DNA of 64,000 nt from contig OY781089.1 of assembly GCA_963676565.1 (NCBI GenBank), positions 1,568,001 through 1,632,000 on the forward strand. Reading direction: 5' to 3'. Position numbers and translations under genes: made by a program. The stretch comes from Halarcobacter sp. (GTDB lineage Bacteria; Campylobacterota; Campylobacteria; Campylobacterales; Arcobacteraceae). Positions 40,411 through 51,663 of this stretch are shown one piece after another; within the stretch, counting starts at the first letter, position 1; every line of letters begins with the position of its first letter. The notes under the pieces are model-generated. The model did no database searches and was not told where the DNA came from. It worked only from the letters and a program-made list of their open reading frames with translations.

Positions 40411-41484
40411 ATGAGCATATTAACAAAATATATTTTAAAAAAATACCTATTACACTTTTTTATTGTTTTAATTTCCCTAGAACTATTTTTTGTAGGAATG
40501 GATTTTTTACAAAACTCAAAAAATCTTCCAGCTTCTGCAAACTTGCAGTTTTTATATTTGATGTATAACACTTTATTTTCACTGTTTTTAACACTTCCTT
40601 TATCCTTAGTTTTTGCATGGGTTGTAACTTTAGTTATTTTTATTAGAAATAATGAATTAGTAGCCTTTAGTTCACTTGGAGCTAAGAGACTTAAAATTTA
40701 TATTCCAGTAATATTAAGTGCTTTTGCATTAATTCTAATGCAAATACTACTTCAAATGACACCTATTGCATATTCTTATGAACAAAAAAATAAAATTTTA
40801 GATGGAAATTACTTTAGTAGTATGAAATCAGATATCTTTTTAAAATATAATGACAACTTTATATATTTTGAAAATCTATATCCTTTAAGAAAAGAAGCTG
40901 AAAATATTCATATTTATAAAGTTGTTGAAGATGATATAGTAGAAACAATAATCGCTAAAAAAGCTATTTTTCAAAATGATAAATGGTATATTATAGATGC
41001 AAAAATTGTAAAAAAACCAAAAGATTTGGATTTTCAAACATCTAAATTAGAGGTTAGATATGAGAAGTTTTTAAATACACTAGACGGGTTTAAGCCAAAA
41101 ATTTTAGATAATGTATATGAATCAAAATCAAATTTTTCTATTCTTGATGCTATTTCAGCATTAAGTTTATTAAATGAACAAGGTGTCAATACTGATAAAA
41201 TAAGAGCTGCAATATATTATGAAACTTTTATTCCTTTTTTTATTATACCTTTAATGATGATGATTTTTGCTTTTAGTTCTTTAAATAGAAGATTTTTTAA
41301 TTTAGGAACCTTTACCTCTTTTTCGGTATTTGGAACCTTGGTTATTTGGGGAATATTTTTTATGTTGCACAAGTTTTCAAATAGTGGAGTTATAAAACCA
41401 GAAGTTTCTTTGCTGTTACCATTATTATTGTGGTTTTTAATCTCTTTTTTTATTTACAGAAAAAAAGTTGGAATAGATGCCTAA
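40411..41484 (+). CDS. LptF/LptG family LPS export permease
   Basis: 3 TM + periplasmic domain + 3 TM; RNNELVAFSSLG. Confidence 0.87.
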   Translation: MSILTKYILKKYLLHFFIVLISLELFFVGMDFLQNSKNLPASANLQFLYLMYNTLFSLFLTLPLSLVFAWVVTLVIFIRNNELVAFSSLGAKRLKIYIPVILSAFALILMQILLQMTPIAYSYEQKNKILDGNYFSSMKSDIFLKYNDNFIYFENLYPLRKEAENIHIYKVVEDDIVETIIAKKAIFQNDKWYIIDAKIVKKPKDLDFQTSKLEVRYEKFLNTLDGFKPKILDNVYESKSNFSILDAISALSLLNEQGVNTDKIRAAIYYETFIPFFIIPLMMMIFAFSSLNRRFFNLGTFTSFSVFGTLVIWGIFFMLHKFSNSGVIKPEVSLLLPLLLWFLISFFIYRKKVGIDA

Positions 41485-41920
41485 AGAGTATGCTTATGGT
41501 GTAATCCCTTATAAATTAGAAGATAGGAAAATCAAAATCTTACTTTGTAAGTCTGTAAAAAGTTTCGATAAATGGGGCTGTTTAAAAGGTGTTCAAGATA
41601 AAAATGAGACAGCAAAACAGTGTGCTAAAAGGGAGTTCTTTGAAGAATCATCTATAAAAGTAAATATTGATGATTTTGAAGAGTATTTTTCACAAGAGAA
41701 TGAATCAAAAGATATTGGAATTTGGCTTATTAACTCAAAAAATGTTCTAAATATAAATAGTTTCTTTTACAATGATACATTATATAAATATCTCTTATCT
41801 TGGGAAAATTCAAAGGTGAAATTTTTTGATATTGATGATTTACCTAGAATTAAAAAGAAACAAAAAAAATTAATTAAAGAGGTTAAGGATTTTTTGCGAA
41901 ATAAGCATCGATCCCATTAG
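41477..41920 (+). CDS. NUDIX hydrolase
   Basis: Nudix box GVQDKNETAKQCAKREFFEES; AYGVIPY N terminus. Confidence 0.87.
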   Translation: MPKEYAYGVIPYKLEDRKIKILLCKSVKSFDKWGCLKGVQDKNETAKQCAKREFFEESSIKVNIDDFEEYFSQENESKDIGIWLINSKNVLNINSFFYNDTLYKYLLSWENSKVKFFDIDDLPRIKKKQKKLIKEVKDFLRNKHRSH

Positions 41921-43289
41921 CAATACCTAAAGCTAAACCTTTTTGATATTTAGAATAAAATAATCTTTTCCCCTCTTTTGGGTGAGTTATATATCCAACT
42001 TCGATTAAAACTGATGGCATTTGAGCTCCAACAAGTACCCAAAATGGACCTTCTCTAACACCACTATCAACAACATCTTTATATATTTTTCTAGCACTAT
42101 AAAGCATGTTTCTTTGAATATCAATTGAAAGTTTATGGGATGCTGTTATTCTTGGTCTATTTAATGATTCCAAGAAAGCTTGTTTTGTAGAACCACTCAT
42201 ATTTCTTACATCTGATTTATTTTCAAGTGCTGCGACTCTTTTAGCTCTTTCACTTCTTGCCGGACTTAAGAAAAATGTTTCAACACCTTCCATCTCTCGT
42301 GCTTTTGATTTTGGAACAGCATTAGCATGAATTGAGATAAAAATATCAGCTTTCTTTTTATTGGCTAGTATTGTTCTATTATTTACTTTAATGAATCTAT
42401 CAGAATTTCTAGTTAAATAAACTTTATATCCTCTTTGTTTTAAATATGATTCTAAATATTTTGTTATTTTAAAAACAGCTACTTTTTCATATCTATTTTT
42501 TCCACCTACTGCACCAGAGTCTTTCCCTCCATGTCCAGCATCTAAAACAACAGTTTTTCCTTTTCCTGGAAGATATATCTTTTTCTCTTTTGATATTTTT
42601 GCTATTGTTTTTTTAGGGGTAGTTTTATTTAAACCAAGTACAGTTATTTTGACTGTATCTTTATTTACATGATAAACAGTTTTTAAATTTCTAGTATCTT
42701 CAAAAAGAATTTTTAAAGTGTTTTTATCTTCTTGTTTAATAACTATTTCTTTTACACCATCTATTTTTAATTTAGTTGGAAATGCATCTTTAAAATTACC
42801 CTTTAACTCATAAATATCTTGCGTAGTGTTTTTGAATTTTTTTTCATAAAACTTCACATAATCTTTTGTAACATTTGTATTAAAAGTTATGATAATTTGA
42901 TTGTTTTCATCAACAACAGATTTAATAGTATATTTTGAATTATTAATATTATGTTTTGATATTTTCACTTCTTTAATAGGTTTTATTTTATCAATTTTAA
43001 TAGGCTCAATTTTTTTAGATTTTTCAATTTTAATAGGTTCTATTCTTACACTTTTTACTAAAGAACCATTATATTTTTTTAATTCTTTTTCGTATTTACT
43101 TATATTTAGATTTAATTTTTTTCCTCTATCTATGAGAATTTGTAAACTTTGTATCTCTTTGTCTTGATTGTTATTAAGAACAGCTTTTAAATAAGCTATT
43201 CTTGCTGAGTTATACTCTTCTCTTAGATTATCAGAAGCGTATATTAATGAAGTAATAAAAAGTGATAGAAGAATAAATTTTTTAAAAAT
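41883..43289 (-). CDS. amiA: N-acetylmuramoyl-L-alanine amidase (probable ATT start at 43289)
   Basis: Amidase_3 motifs DAGHGGKD, SIHANA, IEVGY. The frame stays open 107 codons upstream of the track's GTG at 42968, to an ATT with AAGGAG SD and a signal peptide. Confidence 0.9.
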   Translation of the reverse strand: MFKKFILLSLFITSLIYASDNLREEYNSARIAYLKAVLNNNQDKEIQSLQILIDRGKKLNLNISKYEKELKKYNGSLVKSVRIEPIKIEKSKKIEPIKIDKIKPIKEVKISKHNINNSKYTIKSVVDENNQIIITFNTNVTKDYVKFYEKKFKNTTQDIYELKGNFKDAFPTKLKIDGVKEIVIKQEDKNTLKILFEDTRNLKTVYHVNKDTVKITVLGLNKTTPKKTIAKISKEKKIYLPGKGKTVVLDAGHGGKDSGAVGGKNRYEKVAVFKITKYLESYLKQRGYKVYLTRNSDRFIKVNNRTILANKKKADIFISIHANAVPKSKAREMEGVETFFLSPARSERAKRVAALENKSDVRNMSGSTKQAFLESLNRPRITASHKLSIDIQRNMLYSARKIYKDVVDSGVREGPFWVLVGAQMPSVLIEVGYITHPKEGKRLFYSKYQKGLALGIANGIDAYFAKNP

Positions 43290-43290
43290 T

Positions 43291-44370
43291 TTATTCTCCT
43301 TTAGTTAGTTTTTCCATTAATTCATGTACCGAAATAATTTTGTCAATTTTGTATCCGTTTGAACCTGAAAAGAATAATCCAGTATCTTCATCTCCAAGAT
43401 AAGCTGCTCCAAGTCTATCTGCAATACAATATCCAACTGCTTTTGCTTCAACACCTCTATTACATGGAGCAACACAGTTTGAGATACATTGAACTTTTGG
43501 GGCAGAATTGTTTTCAATTGAGAATTGAAGATTTGTTCTAACTCCCCTTGCTGGTAATCCAACCGGAGACTTCATAAGTTTGATATCTTCATCTTTTGCA
43601 TTTAGAAGAACATTTTTAAATTTTTGATCTGCATCACATTCAAAGGTACCAATAAATCTAGTAGCCATTTGAACACCTGCACATCCCATATTCATAAATT
43701 TATCAATATCTTTTTTGTCCCATACTCCACCTGCTGCAATGATTGGAATATCTCCCCATTTCTTTGATTCTTCTATAACTGGAGGAATAATATTTTCTAA
43801 TTGGAATTCTTCTTTAAAACAATCTTCATATTTAAAACCTTGGTGTCCACCACTTAAAGGTCCTTCAACAATAATTGCATCAGGAATTTTGTTATATCTT
43901 TGCCATTTTTTACAAATAAGTTTAAGAGCTCTTGCCGATGATACAATAGGAACTAAAGCAACATCTGGGAAATCTTTTGTAAATTCAGGCATATTTGTAG
44001 GTAAACCAGCACCTGTAATTATAATATTTGCTCCTGCTTCACATGCATCATGAACAACTCTACCATAATCATTAATTGCATAAAGTACATTACATGCTAA
44101 AGGGGCATCACCACATAGTTTTCTTGCATTTGTGAATATCTCTTTTAATGCATCTTTACTATAAAAGTTTGCTACATCTTTAGGTTTATCTTTTTTAGTT
44201 ACTATATTTACGTTTTCACTTAAGTTTTTGTAATAACCAGTCCCAACTCCAGAGATAACTCCTAGGCCACCCTCTTTACTAACACTACCTGCTAATTGAT
44301 CCCAGCTAATTCCTACACCCATACCACCTTGAATGATTGGGTGCTTGATTTCATATTTTCCTATTTTCAA
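43291..44370 (-). CDS. fabX: Nitronate monooxygenase-family flavoprotein, FabX-like
   Basis: IIQGGMGVG, EGPLSGGHQG, Cys cluster CISNCVAPC..YC; the position between tyrS and amiA matches Helicobacter fabX. Confidence 0.8.
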   Translation of the reverse strand: MKIGKYEIKHPIIQGGMGVGISWDQLAGSVSKEGGLGVISGVGTGYYKNLSENVNIVTKKDKPKDVANFYSKDALKEIFTNARKLCGDAPLACNVLYAINDYGRVVHDACEAGANIIITGAGLPTNMPEFTKDFPDVALVPIVSSARALKLICKKWQRYNKIPDAIIVEGPLSGGHQGFKYEDCFKEEFQLENIIPPVIEESKKWGDIPIIAAGGVWDKKDIDKFMNMGCAGVQMATRFIGTFECDADQKFKNVLLNAKDEDIKLMKSPVGLPARGVRTNLQFSIENNSAPKVQCISNCVAPCNRGVEAKAVGYCIADRLGAAYLGDEDTGLFFSGSNGYKIDKIISVHELMEKLTKGE

Positions 44371-44386
44371 AATTATTGGCCTTATC

Positions 44387-45595
44387 TTATTTTATTATTA
44401 TCTTAGCGAAACTTTTTTTACCCTTTTGTAAAATATACTCTCCAACTTCCAAATTTAATTTTTCATCTGTTACTTTTTGTTGGTCAATACTTACTGCATT
44501 TGCTTTAACATCACGTCTTGCTTGTGAAGTTGAATTAACTAAATTAGCATCAACCAGTGCTTGACAAATCCAAATTCCTGCTTCCATTTTATATTCAGGC
44601 ATATCTGTAGGAATATCTTTTTTAGCAAATATTTTTTCAAATTCGGCTTTTGCAATTTCCCCTTGCCCCTCACCATGAAATCTTTCAACAAGCTCCATTG
44701 CTAGTTCTTCTTTAACTTTTTTAGGGTGTAGTGAACCATTTTCTACACCAGTTTTTAAATCCTCAATCTCTTTTAATGATTTAGAAGATAAAAGTTCATA
44801 GTATCTCCACATTAAATCATCTGAAATTGATAATGTTTTTCCAAACATATCATTTGGATTATCTGTTACACCAATATAGTTTCCTAATGATTTAGACATC
44901 TTTTGAACACCATCCAAACCTTCTAAAATTGGCATCATTAATACAGCTTGTTGTTTACCTGTATTATAAGCTTTTTGTAAAGTTCTTCCCATAAGTAGGT
45001 TAAATTTTTGGTCTGTTCCACCAAGTTCTATATCTGTACCCATTGCAACAGAATCATAACCTTGAAGTAAAGGATAAGTAAATTCACTTACTGCAATTGG
45101 TGTATTACTTGCATATCTTTTAGAAAAATCATCTCTTTCAAGCATTCTTGCAACTGTTAAGTTTGATGCAAGTGATATTAATCCTCCAGTTCCTAACTCT
45201 TTTAACCATTTTGAGTTAAATTTTACTTCTGTTTTTTCTGGGTCTAAGATTTTAAATACTTGATCTTTATAAGACTGGGCATTTTTTAGTACATCCTCTT
45301 CACTTAAAACTTTTCTGGTTTCACTTTTCCCTGTAGGATCACCAATTGTTGCCGTAAAATCTCCAATTAAGAATTGAACAATCCCTCCAAATTTTTGAAA
45401 TGTTGCCATTTTTTGAATAAGTACAGTATGTCCTAAGTGTAAGTCTGGTGCAGTAGGGTCAAATCCTGCTTTAACATAGAAGTTCTCACCTTTTTCATAA
45501 TAGTTTTTTAGTAGTTTTTCAATACCTTCTATATCAATTATTTCAGCTGTTCCTCTTTGAATTTCAGCTAGGGCTTCTTTAATCTTCTCTTCCAT
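44387..45595 (-). CDS. tyrS: Tyrosine--tRNA ligase
   Basis: [19 protein letters not shown]-terminal S4 domain. Confidence 0.97.
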   Translation of the reverse strand: MEEKIKEALAEIQRGTAEIIDIEGIEKLLKNYYEKGENFYVKAGFDPTAPDLHLGHTVLIQKMATFQKFGGIVQFLIGDFTATIGDPTGKSETRKVLSEEDVLKNAQSYKDQVFKILDPEKTEVKFNSKWLKELGTGGLISLASNLTVARMLERDDFSKRYASNTPIAVSEFTYPLLQGYDSVAMGTDIELGGTDQKFNLLMGRTLQKAYNTGKQQAVLMMPILEGLDGVQKMSKSLGNYIGVTDNPNDMFGKTLSISDDLMWRYYELLSSKSLKEIEDLKTGVENGSLHPKKVKEELAMELVERFHGEGQGEIAKAEFEKIFAKKDIPTDMPEYKMEAGIWICQALVDANLVNSTSQARRDVKANAVSIDQQKVTDEKLNLEVGEYILQKGKKSFAKIIIK

Positions 45596-45606
45596 TTTTC
45601 CTCTTT

Positions 45607-47745
45607 TTATGATTTATATGCATCGTTTTTAGAAAAAAATTCAATCACTTTTGCTTTTTTCTCTATAATTTTTCTAACATCATCAACATTAGAATTGTTC
45701 ATTTCAAATTCAATATCACAATATTGTCTATATGAATGTTTTTCTCTACCATACTCTATTTTTAAAATATAACCCTCATATTGACTCATATGCATTAATA
45801 ATTTTGCTAATTCACCTTTTGTATTTGGTAGGCTAACAACCATTTTATATTGATACAATGTATCTTTTGTCCAGTGACAATAAAGCATTTCCTCATTACT
45901 CATGATTTTTTTATAAGCTTTATCACACATTTTATGGTGTATCACAGCTTTGTTACCCTCTTTAAAAGCAACAATTTCATCATTGAACTTTGGATGACAG
46001 CAGTGGTCAAATGATACAGAATTAATACTAAAATTTGAGTATATAATCATATTATCAAATTTTAATTTTTTTATTTTACTAGTGTAGATTTTAAATCTTG
46101 CTACAAAACCTTGTCCACTTATGATATTTTTTTCAATTTCATGTTTTACATGTTTGAAATAATCAAGAATATGAGGTATTTTATGTAATGAGTCTACTTT
46201 GTATCTACTTACAACATCAGGAATTATAGTCTTAAAAACAGAATTTATAATATTTCTTCCTGTTAATTCATCAATCTCTTTTAATCTTTGTGAACATAAG
46301 GCTCTTATTTGTTTTTTTGCTCTATTAGTTTTAACTAAATCAATCCAAGAGCATCTTGGAATTGCATAATCTACAGTTTTAATAGAAACTATATCAGAAC
46401 TATGTAGTTCAGTTAAAAGTGGCTTTTTAATTTTATTGATATTACATTCAACTGCATTTTTACCAACATCAGTGTGAACAGCATATGCAAAATCATAAGC
46501 TGTTGCACCCCTTGGTAAATTAAAAGTATCCCCTTGTGGAGAATAAACTGTTATTTCTTCAGAATAAAGGTCTGCTTTTGTATCGTGATAAAACTCTTCA
46601 ATATTATCATTTGAGTATTCTAATGATTCAAGCCAATTTAAATTTGGTTGTTGAGCTTCACCAATTTTGTATTTCCAGTGGGCTGCAACTCCATATTCAG
46701 CAACTTTATTCATTTCATAGGTTCTAATTTGAACTTCGTATATTTTTGAATTATAAAAAACTGTAGTATGAATAGTTCTATAACCATTCTCTTTAGGAGT
46801 TGCTACATAATCTTTAAATCTTGAAATTAAAGGTTTATATTCCATATGTAAATGACCTAAAACCTTATAACAGTCAATATCATCTTCAACTAAAATTCTT
46901 ATTGCAAGTAAATCTAAAACTTCATCAATAGTTACACCTTTTCTTTGCATCTTTAGGTATATTGAGTAATAGTGTTTAATTCTACTATTGATTTGGATTT
47001 TGCTTAAATCAAAGCCATTTTTTTCCAAAAGCTTCTTAGTTGAAGAGATAAATTTATTGAAAGTTAATTGAATAGCATGTTCATGCTCTTTTATAAAGTT
47101 ATCAATTTTAGTGAACTCGTTTGGATAAATATATGTAAAAGCTAAATCTTCTAAGGTGTTCTTTATTGTAGAGATACCAAGTCTATGGGCAATTGGTACA
47201 TAAACAACCATAGTTTCTTCAGCAATTCTAAGTTGCTTGTTTTGTGGTAAAGAGCCAAGCGTAAGCATATTATGAAGTCTATCACATAGTTTTACAACTA
47301 AAACTCTAACATCATCAATTGAAGCAATAAGCATTTTTCTAAAAGTTAATGCTGATGATATCAATTTTGTATTTGAGTTTGAAGGAACAAGTTCATGTTC
47401 TCTAATCTCATCAATTTTAGTAAGTCCATCAACCATATGGGCAATATCTTCACCCCATCTATCTTTGATGAATTCAAGATTGAATTTTGTATCTTCAACA
47501 ACATCATGTAATAATGCAGTTGCTATGATATCTTCTTCATTTGAAAAACGTGCAGCAACACAAGCAACTAAAATAGGATGAGTTACATAAGGCTCTCCAC
47601 TTTTTCTAAATTGGCCCTCATGGGCTTCAATAGAAAAGTCAAGAATCTCTTGTAACTTTTGAGTTATTTTGGTTTCTGAATAAAGTAGTTCAATAGCATC
47701 TTTTAAATTATTGATACTTTGAATTTTTAGAATAAATGGATCCAT
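45607..47745 (-). CDS. spoT: Bifunctional (p)ppGpp synthetase/hydrolase
   Basis: RKSGEPY, LHDVVED, DRLHNM, EVQIRT, AAHWKYK, TGS and ACT regions. Confidence 0.95.
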   Translation of the reverse strand: MDPFILKIQSINNLKDAIELLYSETKITQKLQEILDFSIEAHEGQFRKSGEPYVTHPILVACVAARFSNEEDIIATALLHDVVEDTKFNLEFIKDRWGEDIAHMVDGLTKIDEIREHELVPSNSNTKLISSALTFRKMLIASIDDVRVLVVKLCDRLHNMLTLGSLPQNKQLRIAEETMVVYVPIAHRLGISTIKNTLEDLAFTYIYPNEFTKIDNFIKEHEHAIQLTFNKFISSTKKLLEKNGFDLSKIQINSRIKHYYSIYLKMQRKGVTIDEVLDLLAIRILVEDDIDCYKVLGHLHMEYKPLISRFKDYVATPKENGYRTIHTTVFYNSKIYEVQIRTYEMNKVAEYGVAAHWKYKIGEAQQPNLNWLESLEYSNDNIEEFYHDTKADLYSEEITVYSPQGDTFNLPRGATAYDFAYAVHTDVGKNAVECNINKIKKPLLTELHSSDIVSIKTVDYAIPRCSWIDLVKTNRAKKQIRALCSQRLKEIDELTGRNIINSVFKTIIPDVVSRYKVDSLHKIPHILDYFKHVKHEIEKNIISGQGFVARFKIYTSKIKKLKFDNMIIYSNFSINSVSFDHCCHPKFNDEIVAFKEGNKAVIHHKMCDKAYKKIMSNEEMLYCHWTKDTLYQYKMVVSLPNTKGELAKLLMHMSQYEGYILKIEYGREKHSYRQYCDIEFEMNNSNVDDVRKIIEKKAKVIEFFSKNDAYKS

Positions 47746-47789
47746 AAATTATTGTAAATCAAAAAATTATAAAAGATTAACTTCTATAA

Positions 47790-48005
47790 CTATTCTTTAT
47801 CTACAAGCCCTTCTATTATTAAAAGTCCACTTGCAATCTCATCAATCGCAATATCAGTATATTTCATATTCTGAGTATTTTTATCTAAAAGTGGTTTTGC
47901 ACCTTTACTTAATTCATCAGCTCTTTGTCCTACAGCAATTGATAAAATATATCTATCGTTGTTAACTCTTTTTAAAGCTTGTGACATTCTTTCTTCTAAT
48001 CTCAT
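47790..48005 (-). CDS. rpoZ: RNA polymerase omega subunit
   Basis: DRYILSIAVGQRADEL, IAIDEIASG; between pyrH and spoT. Confidence 0.94.
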   Translation of the reverse strand: MRLEERMSQALKRVNNDRYILSIAVGQRADELSKGAKPLLDKNTQNMKYTDIAIDEIASGLLIIEGLVDKE

Positions 48006-48023
48006 TTAATATTTCCTTTTATT

Positions 48024-48043
48024 GGTTCCCAAAATAGGGAACC
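48024..48043. other. GC-rich hairpin between pyrH and rpoZ
   Basis: GGTTCCC-aaaata-GGGAACC, just upstream of the rpoZ SD; no U-tail on the coding strand. Confidence 0.5.
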
Positions 48044-48053
48044 TTAATTATAT

Positions 48054-48806
<753 letters not shown>

Positions 48807-48866
48807 TTAACTACTATAAATTGTGCGATTTTATCTAAAACATCCTAAAAAAATCGTTAAACTAAA

Positions 48867-49934
48867 TTAGCTTAATGCCCATTCATAAAAAGGCAAGACA
48901 TTTACCTCTAAATTTTGTATAAAAAAATGTTCATTATTTGATACACTAATAACGTACAATTCTTTTATATCATATTCATTTGCAACTCTTTTTATTCTTT
49001 TTAATTGACTTTGCATCATTGTTGAATTAAAAAAAGGAATAGAAACAATTGCAATATTTTCATCTGGTATATAAAAGTCTATATAATCTAGATAATAAAG
49101 CTCTTTATATCGATTTAGTAGTTCTAAAAAGATTAAATTTGTTAGTTCATTTTTAAATTTTTTTTTATGGGTAATACTTGAGAATAGGGCACAGTTATAG
49201 GTATATATCTTTTTTACAGCCTTTTCTTGCATGAATTTTGGTAGAAAATATATAATTTTTTCATTTTCTAATCTTTTACACTCTTCATAAAATTTATCTT
49301 TTGAGATTTTAATTTTTTCTTTTAAAGTTAAAAAAATCTGATTTAAGGATTTTTTTTCATCTATATTAAATATCAAAATTTTTAAAATCTCTTCACATGT
49401 TTCATCTTTGTTTATTAGTTTTATTAAATCTTGTAAAGATTCATAGATTTTATAATCAGGTGTTTGAAGAGTTTCTGGTAGGTTTCCATATCTTAAAAAA
49501 TTGTTGAACAAGTGTGTGATATTTTGATTTTTTTTGTCATGAAGTAAGTACTCCTCGAAATCTAAAGGGTTTAAAAAAAGGTTTTTAAACCCTTTTTCTT
49601 TTCTTAATTGTTTAGTTGTAATAATTACACTATCACAATACGGAACTTTAAATTGGAAATCAAAATTTTCTAAAACTATAACTTTTATATTGTTTCTTAT
49701 TACAAACTCTTGAAGATTTTCTTCAATCTCTTCATAAGTATTTCTTATATCATTAAAATCAATATAAATATATTCTTTTGAATCAAAATTTGATAAATAA
49801 TCGAAAATTAAAAAGCTTTTTCCAGATTTAGGAGGGCCAGAAAGGATAGTTTTTGGGTGAGTAATCCTTATTTTTCTTTCAATAAAATTTATTTTTGAAA
49901 ATTCTAATTCATGACAAAACTCAAGGCTTGTCAT
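48867..49934 (-). CDS. P-loop ATP-binding protein (AAA_14-like)
   Basis: GPPKSGKS, PLDFEEYL, YGNLPE. Confidence 0.75.
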   Translation of the reverse strand: MTSLEFCHELEFSKINFIERKIRITHPKTILSGPPKSGKSFLIFDYLSNFDSKEYIYIDFNDIRNTYEEIEENLQEFVIRNNIKVIVLENFDFQFKVPYCDSVIITTKQLRKEKGFKNLFLNPLDFEEYLLHDKKNQNITHLFNNFLRYGNLPETLQTPDYKIYESLQDLIKLINKDETCEEILKILIFNIDEKKSLNQIFLTLKEKIKISKDKFYEECKRLENEKIIYFLPKFMQEKAVKKIYTYNCALFSSITHKKKFKNELTNLIFLELLNRYKELYYLDYIDFYIPDENIAIVSIPFFNSTMMQSQLKRIKRVANEYDIKELYVISVSNNEHFFIQNLEVNVLPFYEWALS

Positions 49935-50881
49935 GATAGTTTATTTTCCTGTAGATTAACAGCTTCTTTAATTGCATTAATATAACTTTTATAGTTTAGT
50001 TTTCTATCATCTTTGTATGCAATATCAAAAGCTGTCCCGTGGTCAACAGATGTTCTAATAATTGGAAGATTTAGACTTACATTTATACTTTGATCAAAAT
50101 ACAATGCTTTTAAAGGTGCTAATCCTTGGTCGTGATACATAGCTACAAAATATTTAAAGTTTTTCCTTGACATTGGAGAAAATGCAGTATCTGGAACTAA
50201 TGGTCCTTTAAATATTTTTTTATCTAAAGCTTTATTTGCATTTTTAATTGCTTTGAAAATTTCCACCTCTTCATTTCCTAAAACCCCATTATCACTTGCG
50301 TGTGGATTTAAGGCTAAAACACCGATATTTGAAGAGTTTACATTATTATAAAAGTCAATTAAAAAATTCGTTAGTTTCTTTTCTTCAATTGATTTTGCTA
50401 CTTTTTTTAAAGGAATATGTTCAGTAAAAAGTCCTACAAATAATTTTTTACAACCTAACATCATAATGGCATCTTCACCAAAAAAGTCTCTTAATACTTC
50501 TGTATGACCTTTATATTTGATATCTGCTTTATTCCAAGATTCTTTGTTGATAGGAAGAGTTACTATTGCTTTAACTTTATTCTTATTTGCTAAGTTTATA
50601 GCTTCTGTAAAAGAATCGTATGAAAACTTACCACTTTTTTTAGATACTTGTCCTGGTTTAATCTCAAATTCACCTTTTACATTAACGGTATCAAAATCAT
50701 CAGGAATTTCTAGTTTTAAAAGTTTAGCAGCCTCTTTTAGCATCTTTTTATTTATGCAATATAGAGGTTTACAGTATTTAGAGATTTTTTCATGGGCTTT
50801 TAAAGCAATTTCAATACCTATCCCGTTTAAATCACCAATTGAAACTGCTATTAAAGGTTTCTCTTCTATTTTTTTGCTCAT
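49931..50881 (-). CDS. pdxA: 4-hydroxythreonine-4-phosphate dehydrogenase
   Basis: GHTE, LNPHA, MYHDQGL, RTSVDHGTAFDIA. Confidence 0.96.
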   Translation of the reverse strand: MSKKIEEKPLIAVSIGDLNGIGIEIALKAHEKISKYCKPLYCINKKMLKEAAKLLKLEIPDDFDTVNVKGEFEIKPGQVSKKSGKFSYDSFTEAINLANKNKVKAIVTLPINKESWNKADIKYKGHTEVLRDFFGEDAIMMLGCKKLFVGLFTEHIPLKKVAKSIEEKKLTNFLIDFYNNVNSSNIGVLALNPHASDNGVLGNEEVEIFKAIKNANKALDKKIFKGPLVPDTAFSPMSRKNFKYFVAMYHDQGLAPLKALYFDQSINVSLNLPIIRTSVDHGTAFDIAYKDDRKLNYKSYINAIKEAVNLQENKLS

Positions 50882-51654
50882 AATAGTTCTTTCATATCTT
50901 TTATAGCTTTTTCAAGTCCAGTAAAAACTGATCTTGCAATGATACTTTGACCTATATTTAATTCACTTATTGTTTTTAATTTTGAGATTTCTGTAACATT
51001 TTGATAGTTTAATCCATGTCCTGCAGCTACTTTTAAACCTAAATCAACAGCTTTTGAAGCAGATTTCTTAATCTCTTTTTTGCTATTTAAAAGAAGTTCT
51101 TTTAACTCTTCTCTACTTATTTCTAACTCTTTAATACTATGTTGTGAGTTTGAAAGGTTTCCATAAAGCATTGCATATAAATTTGCAAAAGTTCCTGTGT
51201 GAAGTTCTACCCATTCAACTTCTAAATCATGGGATAACTCAATCATTTTTTTATCTGGGTCAATAAATAAAGATACTTCTATATCATTATCATGAAGTTT
51301 TTTTACAGCTTTTTTTATTTTTGAATATCCTGATTCTAAATCAAGTCCACCTTCAGTAGTTACTTCTTCTCTTTTCTCTGGAACAAGTGTAGCTCTATGG
51401 GGTTTTAATTCACAAACAATATCAATAATATCTTCATCTATTGCACACTCTAAATTTACAGGTAAAGTAGAAAGTTTACAGATATTTTTTGCATCGTCAT
51501 CATTAATATGACGTCTATCTTCTCTTAGATGTATTGTTATTTGATCTGCACCAGCTATTTTACAAATTCCCAAGGCATCTATAGGATTTGGGTCATTGAT
51601 TTTTCTAGCCTCTCTTAATACTGCGATATGGTCAATATTTACTCCAAGTAACAA
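50878..51654 (-). CDS. pdxJ: Pyridoxine 5'-phosphate synthase
   Basis: LGVNIDH, HLREDRRHI, TTEGGLD, AGHGLNY. Confidence 0.97.
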   Translation of the reverse strand: MLLGVNIDHIAVLREARKINDPNPIDALGICKIAGADQITIHLREDRRHINDDDAKNICKLSTLPVNLECAIDEDIIDIVCELKPHRATLVPEKREEVTTEGGLDLESGYSKIKKAVKKLHDNDIEVSLFIDPDKKMIELSHDLEVEWVELHTGTFANLYAMLYGNLSNSQHSIKELEISREELKELLLNSKKEIKKSASKAVDLGLKVAAGHGLNYQNVTEISKLKTISELNIGQSIIARSVFTGLEKAIKDMKELL

Positions 51655-51663
51655 ATTAATCCT

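Noticed and set aside
41883..42968. amiA as a 5'-truncated pseudogene
   Set aside because: The upstream frame is intact, with SD and signal peptide; an ATT start explains it better.
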